NCBI GenBank assembly: GCA_036172245.1
Contig: JAYWIR010000009.1
Location: 2,790,001-2,854,000, forward strand
DNA length: 64,000 bases
Direction: 5' to 3'
Source of the DNA: Raillietiella orientalis
Lineage: Eukaryota
Under the pieces are notes generated by a model. That model did not search any database. It saw nothing but the letters and a program-made list of their open reading frames with translations, and was not told the origin of the DNA. A program made the translations under genes and the position numbers. The first letter of the stretch is position 1. Each line of letters begins with the position of its first letter. Shown piece after piece: positions 1 through 12,099 of this stretch.

Positions 1-1256
1 TTGGAACACCGACTGAAACACTGGAAGCTCGTTGCCTCCCCATTTTCCCTTAGATCAGCTGTCGCTCGTCGGAGCAAGAGTGACTCCCACTCAGCAAAGC
101 GTATGACCTCACGACCGTAATGGATTGAGGCTACTTTTGAACCTTCATGGGTGACAACTCCGGCTCGCAGAAACGCTGAATCTCCAACTGCTGCCATTCA
201 TGAGAGCCCCGGCGACCTTAGTTCGGTTACTGGAACTGTCTTGGTAGGAAAGAGCAAAACGCTGCGTTGCTGCACGGGAAGACCTATAAAGTGAAGCACG
301 CTGCACGGGAAGACTACCTGGGCACAGAACATCTCACTCGCAGCCACTCTCAGCTCAATCCAGCAGAAAGAAAACAGCGATGGCCTCGCAGCATGGGAGA
401 TATCCTGCGAGACTGCGGGAAAGAAGAAGCAGCTGGGATGCTGCACGGTGGATCAACTTACTGCCCTCCTCACAGGGATTCTTCACTGGGAAGAGCTCCT
501 GGACATTCCTACTAAAGAGGCAGAAATCCCCTCACTGTTTATGGAGATTCCACGCTTCCTCTGAAGTGGCAGGAGTCGGAAATTGCACTGGGCGATCCCA
601 TGCAACGCACGAGTCCACCACTGGACTCGGGGGAGTGTATCCCTGGACTGTGCCCGGTGCGGGGATCGGGAAACCTTCCCCACCTGCTACTTCGTTCCCC
701 TCTTGAGTGTTCGGGGCGCTTCGCTGCGGTCCTCCCACTCCCGATGGGCAACGACAGAGTGGTCTTGCGGCGCCTCTTCGCGCGCGACTCCATGTCGCCT
801 GCAGCTCCTCTCTCAGCTCTGTGCACTGTGGCATTGGTGTCGGCAGCGAGAAACCGCTCCGAAAGAGTCCAGTCGAATGGTAACGTGATCGCAATCGTCT
901 GTTCTTTCGTGAGGGAGGCGGCAGGATGGCCACGCCTCTGCCAACAGAAGGAGGAGGAAGTTGCCAACATCCTCCATAGGATGCTGAGGACCTTGCCAGG
1001 AAGAAATCTGCGATCCCTTCCCTCCCCCCTCAAACATTTTTAAACTGAATTTTCGTGTTGTTTTGTTGACCCCTTTCCCCAATCCTCCTGTGGGGACCTC
1101 GTTTGGGAACTGCTCACGAGAAGCAGCTCCTCCCAAACGGCATTTCCCTTCGTCGTGGTCGTGTGAAACCACTACGAAAGGAGACATTTTTATATATAAT
1201 GTGACCATTTTCTTTTCTACATATTTTTACAATGAACGCCTCGGCGTGATCGGGCG
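1..1256 (+). mobile_element. L1/Tx1-like LINE 3' portion (zf-RVT C-terminus and 3' UTR), subfamily A1, frameshifted
   Basis: HWAIPCNARVHHWT..DCARCGDRE / LPHLLL at 583-700; reading frame ends at 1043; homologous to 23843-24790(-); ends in the 26-nt terminal motif at 1231-1256. Confidence 0.85.
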
Positions 1257-1529
1257 GAAATAACGTGAAACGTCCTGCAGCATGGAGCTGTTCTCCTGTT
1301 GTGATGCCAATGGTTATGGTTATTAAAGTGAAGCAGGTTTGCATGTGGATGGATGCATGCTGTGGGTCTTCGTGTGTCCATGGCAGCAACGCCGAAAATT
1401 CTGTCTACTGTTCTCGTGATTTCCCCCCCCCCCCTTGTTGAGTGCAAGGATTTGGGATACGATACCGAATTTCGGAGGAAACAAAATGAATCTTAATGTT
1501 GAAAAAAAATAGAATAAAAGTGTTGGGTG

Positions 1530-2830
1530 TCAGGACAGCAGGCCATGGCAGTTGGAATTCTCCAAAGAGGATACAACGACTCCCTTGACGAAACGACCGG
1601 CCTCGGAGCTGGACATCACACGAACGTAGGGAACCAACATCCAGCAACCGGTACACAGCCGTTCCTGCCTCCCGGCGGAGATCGAACAACCACAGGTTCC
1701 TCCGGCCGCGAGGAGTAGGAAGATCGCGATGACTCCCTCAGAAGGGATTGGGCATGAACCCAACTCGGAGCGCCATCGGCGAACATCTTGTAGGTGGTAG
1801 CAACTTGTCCCCGTGCGAGTCGGAGGGTGTCTGCTGCAGAGGAGTGGTCCATGAGGACGGTTTAGCTGTTTGATCACAGTTTAGCAGATCATACATTCCC
1901 AGAGCAAGCCGGAGTCTGTCCTTCCTCCTCGATGCACTCAATTCTGAAGGCTGAAAAAACCGTAGTAGCATGAAGGCACCCATTCTCTCTCCGGGAAATC
2001 TTCTCGCATCGTTTTTGACTCATGCAAGGGTCGGAGGAACATCTCATGGAGCTGATTATGATGATGTCTTCCGTCATCCATGATGGTTGCTGTCCGAGGA
2101 CCGAAACATCTCCACTTCTCCCGAGAGTTTGGTGCTGTTTGATGTGAAGCTTCTCTTCTCAGTGGTGACGAACACCCGTCAGCAGACAGCGAGCACTCCA
2201 AGGTCAGTTGCTGACTATTAGCTCACAGCCTTCAAACCGACTGGAAGATTCTTCCTTCCTTCCTTCACACGGGACTCTGAGGAGCTTCCAGTTCGCTTTC
2301 ATTTCCCAAGAACCCAGCACCTCTTGGGAACAAAGCCACTCTCTATCGTTAGAGGATTGATTCCGGAAGAGACTCTAAAAAGCGTAGTTGTTGTTGGCAA
2401 AAGCAGTGCCGGACATTCTGAGAGGTTTCAGACGCTGTGGTGATGGAGGCATCGTTTCCTGTGAGCATGCTCCACTATGTTTCTTCGCAACTTGGGCTGC
2501 AGCTTCCGTCAGCTCTCGTTGAAGATGCTGGTTATTTCTGACAGCAGAGACATGGTCATGGCAGTCAGAATTCCTTCAAAGAGAGTGCAAGGACTCCCCA
2601 GGCGGAGCAACCAGATCTGAAGAAGAATAGCCCTCTGGAGCCCGAGTCAACTCCCAGCAACCAATAAACAGCATTGCCTGCGTTTCCAAGGGAGTAGAGC
2701 AGTGGCGGGTTCCTCAATTTCCAAAGATTAAGAGGATCGCGACAGCGCAAGCAAAAGAGTTTGGGCATCAGCTCAACCCCAACTGCCGTCGACGCACATC
2801 TTGGAGGTAGCAGCAGTTTCTTCAGTGTGG
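1530..2830 (-). mobile_element. LINE ORF2 C-terminal remnant, family B (putative thumb to divergent C-terminus)
   Basis: LRLARGQVATTYKMFADGAPSWVHAQSLL..AGRQERLCTGCW matches the 57955-58734 ORF, with many synonymous differences in this frame. Confidence 0.6.
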
Positions 2831-3129
2831 TGCAGGAGTGCTGATGCGAAGGGAATGTCGATACGGATAACCTTTGATCATGATTGGTCCAGGTTCCCGG
2901 GGGAAGTCGAATGGGCATTGGAAATTTTCTTTAAAAATATTTTTCTCTATCGTCACAAGTTGGGACTCAGAGACATTTTCATAAAAGCTTCTCTTCATCG
3001 CCTCTGGCATTTCTTCTCCTTCTCTTCCCCATTTTTATCAAATCAGAACTGACTTACCCTGCAGTTGCTGGCAGCACCCGCTAGAGGAGCTCATGTGAGC
3101 GTCAGCGGATAAGGCGGGGAAAAAAATAC

Positions 3130-3330
3130 TCTTCCTGCCTTCCTCCTTCTTCTTCTCCCTGCACTTCTTTCCTCCTCTCCCTCCTTTCTTCCTCCTCCTC
3201 ATTCCTCCCTCACTGTCGTCTTCCTCCCTTTCCTGACTCCTCTTCCCATCTCTCCTTTCTCCTTGTCTTCTCGTCCTGCTCTTCCTCTTCCTGCCTTCCT
3301 CCACCTTCTTCTTCTCCTCCCTTCTTTCTC
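3130..3330. repeat. Homopyrimidine (CT-rich) low-complexity tract
   Basis: Almost exclusively C/T. Confidence 0.9.
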
Positions 3331-3339
3331 TAACCATTT

Positions 3340-4000
3340 TTCCCACGTGTTTCCAAACTCCTGGAGTAGAGAACTCCTGTCGAGCGGTCACCGACGGAGT
3401 GGCTGCGCAAGAAAGTGGACGCCCACCGGTCTCCAAGGCGGGGTCGGTGCCCCGGAGGAGTCTGTCTCTCCAATTCGCGCAACGAGCGGGAGCCGGAAGC
3501 ACTTATCCCGAAGGAAGAGTCCTGGATGATCCCCTGGAAAGGTCAGCTGTACATCAGGCGAGCGTTAGTGGTTGCCGGGCTGCTGGGCGAACCAGGAATC
3601 CTGCCCGCCGTCCTCTTCAGCCGCTTTCCTGGAGCGACGAAAGAGCGACCGCGTGGTATGCCTGGAGCTTCCGGGGCGATCCGCTCCGTCCTCGGAACTC
3701 CTCATCGGAACGCATGCAAGAGAACCCCCTTCGATGGCGGGCTCATGTGACCTTCCTTCCCGGTACACGCCCTCCCGCCGTTCGATAGCGGGCCGGAGCG
3801 AACTTCCGGTGCCAGATAGGGCTACGGGCCAAGCTCGAGTCAGGCGCTGGGACCTCGGATTCGACAGGAGCGTCCGCCTGCGTCCGCGCGGGCTGCTGGG
3901 GCACCCACACGAGTCCACTTGTGAGGCAACTGGGGGCCGACCGCTCACCTGCCCAACGGGGGTACGCACGCAGCAGCAGCAGCAGCAGCAGGGTACTCCA
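3340..4000 (+). mobile_element. Decayed gag-like LINE ORF1 with zinc-knuckle remnants, followed by (CAG)7
   Basis: ..GLLGHPHESTCEATGGRPLTCP then a CAG run at 3971-3991; same layout as 18870-19311. Confidence 0.5.
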
Positions 4001-4849
4001 GTCTCGCTCCCTTCACCGTAGCGCGCAAAACGGGTGGCTGCGCGGTGCTCGTCTGGACGCCCTCAGGCGCCAAATTCTCCCTGCCGAGGGTCGGCCGAAA
4101 GGCTATGCAGTGTTCGCGAAACGCCTCCGCAGCGGAAGAGCAGTCTGCTGAGTGCTGGGGAACGGCCCGCCTCCTTAAGGGACGCTCACAGAGCTCTTAG
4201 ACGCCACCCACGCCCCGCGCAGGGATGCGTGTGAACTCTTCGAGTCAAGAAGCAACCCCGGAGGGACCGCCCTCGGAATCTGGGAAGGCTCCGGAGGAAG
4301 GGGTACGTTCCACACTTGTTCTTGGGGACGAAACTCAAATGTCTCGTGAAATCGGGAGATTTGTGCCGGGAGCAGAAGAGCTGCCTTCCCGCCTCCGACC
4401 TGGTGGACCATGCTGATCAAGCGAAAGGACAACGCTGGAAATCCCTCGGTCCGATCCGCGGAGAACCGTCTTCTTCGGGAACGCGACTTCTCGGGCGATC
4501 TTGCCGGAGCACGCGGTGCGACCCCCGGGGTCGTGTCCGCACCCTCGGTGGACGCCTGCATCTGAGCTCAGGTCACGGAACGCGCGACCTTATCCGTCTC
4601 GGAAAGGTCAAAACTGGCCCCGGGCGTGTCGTCGAAGCACCTAGATGCTCTCGAGAGTGACTTCTCGATCGACAAGAGACACGCGCCTCGACAAGTCGCA
4701 TCCTCGGAAGCTGTGATCTTCCTTGGCAGGGTCTTCTCTTCCTTGGAAAGGAAGGTAGGAGGAAGAGAGGAGGAAAGAGAGGGAGGAAATAAGGAGAAAG
4801 AAGGGAACAGAAGGACCCTTCCAAGGAGCGTCCTAGAACCGCATTCTTG

Positions 4850-5900
4850 CTGGATTGCAGTGCCCGCGACCACCATTTCGTTGTCAATTCCCTGGGAACT
4901 CGTCAGAGTCAACAGCTCTCCCCCTGGACTCGCCGGCAAGCTGTGGGACCCAACGATGGCACGCTGCAGGCCTTCTACAACGTGGTTACAGCGTTCTGCC
5001 GCTCGGCGCTTAATCGAGCTCAAGGTCAGGGACTCGGGAGAGAGGAAGTGCTCCTCCGTGGAGCGAGTGCCCCGCCTGTACCCGGATTGGCCGACCTCTC
5101 CCGTCTGGACTCCTCTTCTTTGAGCGGGAATCCACGAAGTTTTTCAAGGACGGGCTCTGGGGTAGAGTCCAGAAGGAGACTGTTTACTCACAGTGCAATG
5201 ATGACCGCGGGACGATGCTGCAGCCCCTGGAGTCGAATCAGCCGGGGACATTCGAGTATTTCTCGCTTGGGGCTTGCTCCTTCGATCGAAACGGCTGGGC
5301 AGAAGACGGTCCGATGTGGAAGACGCTCGGAGGACCGAATCACCCGCTGCCGTTTTGTGGCGCTCTCCCGAAAGAGGGAAGCATGTCGGTTCCGTTTCCG
5401 GTGGGCGAAGTTACGCTCCGCCCCCACGAGCTTCCGGTCAAGCGCGTCCGCTGTCCCGACAAAGAGGGTGAGCTCGAGCGCCTAATAACCTTCTGGCTCG
5501 TTCCCTCGGGGATCCTCGGGCCGTAGGAAAGCGTCACCATGGGAACGTTAGCACCGTGGGAACACGGGGCTCCTCCGTGTTCAGCATTTCCACGTTCCCC
5601 ACATTTCCAAGGCCGGGGAGGGCTGCGCTTTCGACGGAGACCAATCACCACAGTACGCCCACGACGCCCGGTGATCACTCGAGAGCACTTCGAAGTCCTC
5701 CTTCCTTCCCTCCCCTTTCTCAAGCGTTGCCCCTTCCTAGCGGTGGCTGCGGCGGCATGGAAAACGCCGCCGCCCCTCCTAGCGGAGGCCCACGGATGCA
5801 AAAAGTTTTCCCATTTATTCTTGGAATCCGGGGACCCATTTTCCCGGGCCCCGGAATCAAGAGAACGCAATTCATCTCGCTCTTGTCACTGCTGGGATAA
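4850..5900 (+). mobile_element. Decayed LINE ORF2, RT N-terminal subdomains
   Basis: PFPVGEV..LPVKRVRCPD..ITFW (~KxPGPDG..FW), RRPITTV (~WRPITL), LFLESGDPFSR (~LFLDxEKAFDR) in the expected order. Confidence 0.65.
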
Positions 5901-6679
5901 GCGGCACGGTGGTGATTGATTTAACCTTTGGAAGGTCCATTTGCTGAAATGGAACTCAAAAAGTTATGATGGACTGGATGCTGCTTTCATTAATACTTCG
6001 GGATCTTCAGGCACGAAAGCAATCACACAAGTTTTCGCGGCCCTGACAGAAGTGTGATGTACGATTTCCTCCTCTCTTCCTTTCTTTCCGGGAGTTCGTT
6101 TCGGGACCTGAGAGTGGTGGTTGGGATTCTCTCCTCCCTCCCCGTTCGCCGGCCGGGGGGCTCGTGACCCGGAAGACACAAGCCGTCAAGAGCGACACCT
6201 ATCTGCGGCTTGGACGGAGTTTGTCGCCTGCCACCCTGATCCCTCTCTCCCGTCCATAAATCACAGAACGTCCCGTCGTGGCGAAAACCATCAGAGGAAC
6301 TCTGACCAATGATGCCCGATGCTCCTTTTTTTTTTCTTTTTTTTTTCTTTCCTTTCCACATCTCCTCGAGCATCCTCGGGAAACTCCCAGGGCACTCGGA
6401 AATCGCGGCGTTCTCTCGAAAGTGAGGAAGCTGCGAACAGAATCACATCCCTGTGTTTTCTGACGGAGCACTTTTCGACAACGCGACGATGTCGGTGGGG
6501 TTCGCCTCCTGGAAGACCATACGAAATGCGGATGTCAGAGAACGGGAAAACTGAGACAGACATATTGCTTCCTCTACCAGTAGGCCACAGGCACGAGTTT
6601 CGGCGCAACTCGTGAGGAAATCAATCCTGCCCACTAGGGTGGGACAGAAAACCACGGCGACTCTTAGGGACGCCTTCCG

Positions 6680-7130
6680 CCACTCTGCATGCGACCGACC
6701 AAGCGCAAAGCATCAGGTGCCCGGTGTCCGAATCCAGACGGTCGCCAGAACGCCAGGTGTCCCAATCCGGAGGATCAACCAATCCCTTCCCGCATCGGGA
6801 AGCCGTGAATTCTTGAAGCCCCTCCAGAAAGCTTCAGAGTCAAAGACCCGGCGTGGCTTCTTCCCGGAGCAAGTGGCTGCTTTCGCTGGCTTCCAAGGAC
6901 GACATCAGTCGCTTCCTGCGTTGGCAACGAAGCAGGCGAAGTTCTGTGACGATGCAGAAGTGGACAGCGCCTACGTATTGGCTGCAGCTGAGGTGTGGAT
7001 CCGGTTGGTAAAAAGGTGAACTGCAAGAGATGCAAAGAGAAGCTGAAAGATCAGGTGCGTGGTCCATGCGAGGTGTCATAGCTCCTTCTTCTCTGAGAGG
7101 AAGGAGGAAGCAGCTAGGAAAGAGGCCCTT
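6680..7130 (+). pseudogene. RNase HI-like domain remnant
   Basis: EVDSAYVLAAAEVWIRLVKR (~TDSxYV..W..WK), VVHARCH (~HVxGH), KEEAARKEA (~NExADxLA). Confidence 0.6.
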
Positions 7131-7289
7131 GGGAAAGTCTCTCTTACCCTGTAGAGAAATCCCTGAAGGCTTGCGCAAAGCATTTCTTCTTCCCGTTCTT
7201 CCAAGGTGCCCTCCTTTTGGGACTTCTAGAAAGAAAAGAAAAACAAACTCAAAGCAATTTGCTTCAGGTCTTTCACCTGCTCTCTTCAT

Positions 7290-7800
7290 TCTGCTGCTAT
7301 CTTATCTTCAGGATGTCCATGCTCCGTTCAATCGTTGTTTTATCCTTTCATTGTTCTAATCATTGTGTTAGCAGCCGAAGATTCCATAAGCATCTCGGTA
7401 TTCCATCAGACTTGTATCATTGGTTTCTGTTGCTCTCCCGAGAGCACCTTGCTTCACAAGTGAGCGCTCTTGCTTAGGATGCTGTTGGATTCCCGTTGCT
7501 CGGGCAACTGCTCGAGTGTCGAGTTCCGGATGAGGTCCCAATAGCGAGTTCTATTTGCCCTCTTTAGATGTACAACCACTTATAGGATTGGTGGGTATCT
7601 TATGGTGATGGCGAAGCTGGAGCACTTACTGTAGCAGAACAATTCAAAGATAGGTGGCTGCATGTGAGCATCGCGAGCAAGCACTGAAAGAAGCCGGCGC
7701 GAGTTTCCAAAGCAATGGAGAATGCAGTCCAGTCTCAGGTGATCTCCTCGATGTAAGGAATACATTTTGGCGGTGATTGGCCTTTTCATCCAGCTGTCCT
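7290..7800 (+). mobile_element. Possible decayed RT core fragment
   Basis: LQDVHAPFNR resembles LQDxxKAFDR; downstream motifs weak. Confidence 0.3.
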
Positions 7801-7910
7801 CTCCATCTCTGTGGTGAGCGATGTACAGAGCGTTGTGCTACTCCGCATTCATGTTTTCATTATTTCCATAGTTGCCATCACTTCTTGATGCTCTCCTCAC
7901 TTTTCCATTG

Positions 7911-8600
7911 CGATTGTGCCGGGTCGTTTATTATAAAAATAATAAACAAACCATTTTTAAGGAACATAAAGGTGTAGGACCATCGGCCCTACATCGTCCA
8001 AAAAAGTTCGGAACCTGCTGAGTAACAGGCAAGCAGGCCGGCGAGGTTCCCCTCGGCAGCGGAGTGGGGAGGGGTCAAACAAAAAGAAAAAGGAAACTAA
8101 GAATATATACAAAAAATTGGGAGGAATAGAGGAGAGACCACCGGGAGCTGGAGGGCGTCCTCTGCATCCTTGTAAGGATGCTGTCAATTTCCATCCGAGT
8201 ATGCCCCCAGATGGAGCCATCTGGCTGCCGTCCGCAAGAAGATCAGAGAGAAGCAGATGGCGTCCCTATCGCGCCGTCCTCCTCTCTCATGACTCCAGGC
8301 CTCCACAATCCCACGTAGGCAGCAAAGAGCTTCTCTTCCTTCCAAGGATTTCGTAACCAACCTCCAATTTGATCGGCTGGTTACTGCACAGGTGCTCCCT
8401 GAGGGAGGGCAGTGCCTTGGCGAAGGAGATTCGTTCTGCCCACACACACGTGGTGGGGTGCACGATGGCGTCCATGCACACGCGGAGATGGAGGTTGTTT
8501 TAGCAGGAGTACAGCAGTCGCTTCCACATCTTCCTCCTTCATCTAGGCCCATGTGCGAACGGTTTCCTGCAACCAAGCACTACCGTTCATGGGCCGGCAT
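7911..8600 (-). mobile_element. LINE 3' portion, subfamily A2, internally deleted
   Basis: ALCCLRGIVEAWS..RGG..DRDAI..RWLHLG matches the 11.6 kb, 29.1 kb and 59.9 kb copies; shared 3' UTR; degenerate terminal motif at 7911-7932. Confidence 0.8.
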
Positions 8601-8639
8601 TGCGTGGTGGTAGTGCACCAGCCAATGCTTCCGGCATTT

Positions 8640-9940
8640 GTCCTTGGAGTTCTTTCTCGCTGTGATGTCCGCCTGGTGTCGCAAGTGTCTTCACCGCTTT
8701 CGTCATTTTTACCTTTTGGTATTTTGTCTTCCAGCTCCCGGAAGACCATTTGCTTTGGGAATTTATCTGCTCCCGAACCCACGGGAAGCCAGACAAAGGA
8801 AAAGAAGCCGTTTCAGTTGAGACGAAAGTCTCTGCCAGAGAAATCGTTTCTCGAGAATTCCTAGCTCGTTTCTCTGCTCCCTTCGGCCTCAGAATCCTGC
8901 AGAAGATGAAAGTCCATGAAACATCACTGTCCCCATACTTGCCGAAGTTCACGGGGCTTGGGATGAGGGGCATTGCGGTGAACTCCTGCGATTCGCCCTA
9001 TGATCCCTGAGCCGCACAACTTTCTCAGCATCTTCCGGGTGACAGCAGAAGACGTTCGTTCAGCTGGATGAAGGCGATGACCGGCATGGATGCAGTTGGT
9101 GTTCCTGCTCCACTGACTACCGTGCGCTCTCTTCGAGAGCAGCGCGAGCCTTTGGAGCAAGGTTCATCGGGAATGCTCCTCCAACGGCTTTTTGGACAGC
9201 TTTGGATGCAATCTTCGCTGACAAATACGTCCTTCCCTGCGTAAAGACACCCTTGTTTTCGATTTCCTCGGACCTGGGCAGAATTTGAATTGCCTCCTCA
9301 GATTAGGGAAGCTGCGGAGGTTCGCGACGAACTCGCGAGTTTCCTGCGCAAGGGGAGAATGTCTTCTGGAGAAGCCGGGCTGCTCATTTCTCCATCACCC
9401 TTTGCCTCCCAAGCGCCTCGTAGCTACGAAGATTTGTAGCTACGAAGCGTCAAGAAGGTAATAGAGTCGGAGCTAACTCCAGCATGGTCAGCTCGGTCGC
9501 TGATCTTAGTCTCTCCTGAGATCCGCAATCGGCACTCGCATTGGAACCGCCTCAGGCATGCTGCTGCGGGTGCTTCATTGGCAAAGGCAACCTTGTTTGC
9601 TTTCGGTCGAAGTCGCACGTTGGCCTCGAGGTGAATCCATCCAAGGTGAACCCATCAGGAGGAAATGACCAAGTGATCGGGTGCGCAGCCGCTTCTGCCA
9701 ACACTCCTCGACCTTCTCTGTGGCACCGTTTTCCTCTTCTTCCTGTGTACCCGGAAAGAGCGCCTCTCCATCCGAGTCGGTGCCAAGGATCCAGGAACCG
9801 AAGACGCGAAACGCGGCTGCAAAGATTGATAATAGCGAGAACAGGGAGAGAGCTTCCAGAGATGCCACTCCGTGTAGGGGAGAAGAGACGAGTGCGAAGG
9901 GCAGGGGTCGTCGTAATGTCAAAAGCAGTGATCGTCACTC
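8640..9940 (-). mobile_element. C-terminal part of an RNase H-bearing LINE ORF2 (RNH, linker, degenerate zinc finger)
   Basis: DPWHRLGWRG and PITWSF (RNH-like); linker similar to 37400-37700(-) (RGAWEAK vs RKAWKVA); then TSS..KMLRKL and NFGKYG..SWTFIFC (~CxxCG..HIFxC). Confidence 0.45.
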
Positions 9941-10039
9941 CCCTCGTGGCACCTCAGAGTGCGTGATCAAGACGGGACTTCCCCTTCTTTTGTAAAGATG
10001 TGGGGAAGACGCTCCGAAGAGTCGGATCAGTCGCCCAAT

Positions 10040-12006
10040 GGAAGGAGTTCCGTGCTTATGGCCTTGAGGGAAGATGACTTCCGTTTCCTGAGGCTGCAAG
10101 CTTCCTGCGGCTGCCCCTGGTCAAGTGGGGCATCCATCTTGTTGGTATTTTTCATTGATGGGGAACTCGGGAGGGTGGAGCTTTCGCGAAGGTCAAGTGG
10201 GTGGGCATCTACTCTCCGCGGACAATTCCGGAGTGCAACCTCGCCTGCCCCGGCGATTCCAACTTACTGCTGCCTCCGGAGCGCCGCCGGAATAGGGTAA
10301 CACAGAGGAAGCATGATAAACTCTTTCTTAAGGAGGGCGACCATAGTGGCCCCACCTGTTGGATCCGGAGAAGGGACCCGCTGGCATCCTCTACAGGGTG
10401 CAGGAACCTCAGAACAATTCGGATGATTCCTCCCCCTTGGAGTTCGTTGGGGGACTTCTGCCAGTCAGAAGCCTGGTCAGGTCGTCTCCAAAAAATGGAG
10501 TCGGCGATCGGCCCGTTCCTGGAAGGCAAGGTCCTCTTGCCGGAAAGGGCCGCGGTGTTGAACGCATTCGCGGCTCCCATCCTCCATCCCCTGCTTTTTG
10601 TTTTCCCCGTACCCCGCGAGTTGAGAAAGAGGACCAAGGACCTCCTGCGCATCGCCCTGTGGGGCAACGGGAGGACCCGTGTGCCTTTAAAGGACTTGTG
10701 CGCTCCGCGTCGGGATGGCGGTCTCGGTCCCTTGACGCTGGAACGGATGGAAATTCAGTTGCAATGGAGAACCTTGGCCATCGCAGCGAAGTACTGGAGC
10801 ATCCATTGATGCGTTCCGGCCCGCCTCCTCGCCAGTCCTGTATCCAGAGCGGGAGGGCTCTCCTCTTTTCTTCTGTGCCCCGGCCGGAGAATAAGATGCG
10901 ACCTTCTCCTCGGACGCATGGCCACCTGGCCAAGGAGAACGGCTGGATGGCCCGCATGGCTGGAAGAAACAGTTGGCACGTGGGAGAAGTTGAACCAGTC
11001 AAGTGGTGAACCCTGGAACCGCCTGCGATCCGGCATCTACACCCGCTGCACGCTGCAGAAGATGCTCGGGTGTCCCGCCAAGAGCACGTGGGCGGAGACG
11101 ACCCCACTGACCACGGCGCTGCCCTTCTTGAGGAGGGCGCTCGGTAGCAGCGGAACTCCGAGGTGGCAAGTCTCCCGCCGGATAGTGGGCAAGGAGAAGC
11201 TGCTAAGCAGTTGGACCATGAGGGAACTGGCTGACGCCGCGACCCTGAGCGTCCTTCCGCGAGGATTACAGAGATGGGGCGAGCTGTTGGGCATCCCGTC
11301 GGATGACCTAAAGTGGCCCCCGGTGTTTACTGACTCATCTACCCTCCCCTCAAGTGGCGGGAATCGGCGCTCCTGCTGTTGCACTGGGGTCTCCCCTGCA
11401 ACGCGCGCCGCCACCACTGGACGTTGGTTAAGTGCAGCGAACTGTGCAGTGTGCGGGGAGAAGGAATCCCTCCCCCACCTGCTAGTGGATTGCGCTGCCC
11501 TCCAGCCCTTGTGGGAACGACGCTCCGGATCCCGGTCGGCGGCCTCCTCAGAGACGTTGTACGCCTCCTCTTCGTGCGGGACGCCCTGCAACCAGCCTCA
11601 GCCCTGGCAGCGCTCTGCTGCCTCCGAGGGATTGTGGCTGCGTGGAGAGCAGCCAACAGAGGAAGCAGCGATAGGGACGCCATCGTACACGCGGGTCGCT
11701 ACCTGCGAATCGCGATCGCATGGTCCCATCTGGGAGCTATGCAGAGGGACCTCGAGGGCATCCTGGAAAGGATGGTCTCTTCCTCCAGCGGACAGTGATC
11801 CCTTCCCAGCCCTCCAAAGTGTTTCTTTTTTTTTTGTTTCCTTTATTTTTCTTTTTGTTTTTTCCCCTATCCCCCTCCGCTGCCGAGGAGTGTCGCGCCG
11901 ATCTGCGCTCCGGCGACCCGGAAGGTCCAGAGATGTGTTGACCGTAGTGTGGCCGCACACCACGAATGTACAGTGTTTTTAATAAACTCCCCGGCGTGAC
12001 CGGGTG
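10040..12006 (+). mobile_element. 5'-truncated L1/Tx1-like LINE, subfamily A2 (RT remnants, thumb, zf-RVT, 3' UTR)
   Basis: ERAAVLNAF..ALWG..LCAPRRDGGLG; HWGLPCNARRHHWT..CAVCGEKESLPHLLVDC; terminal motif at 11981-12006. Confidence 0.9.
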
Positions 12007-12099
12007 GCACTCCCCCTTTGTACTCCCTCACCCTAACGCAGGCAGTCGAAGAGTTTTTTCCCCATTTTTTTGTTTGGCACTTCTTCAACTTCACTTCAG

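Noticed and set aside
8010..8065. HDV-like ribozyme suggested by CCTCGC
   Set aside because: I could not build the P1/P3/P1.1 nested pseudoknot, and the location is 3' rather than 5'.
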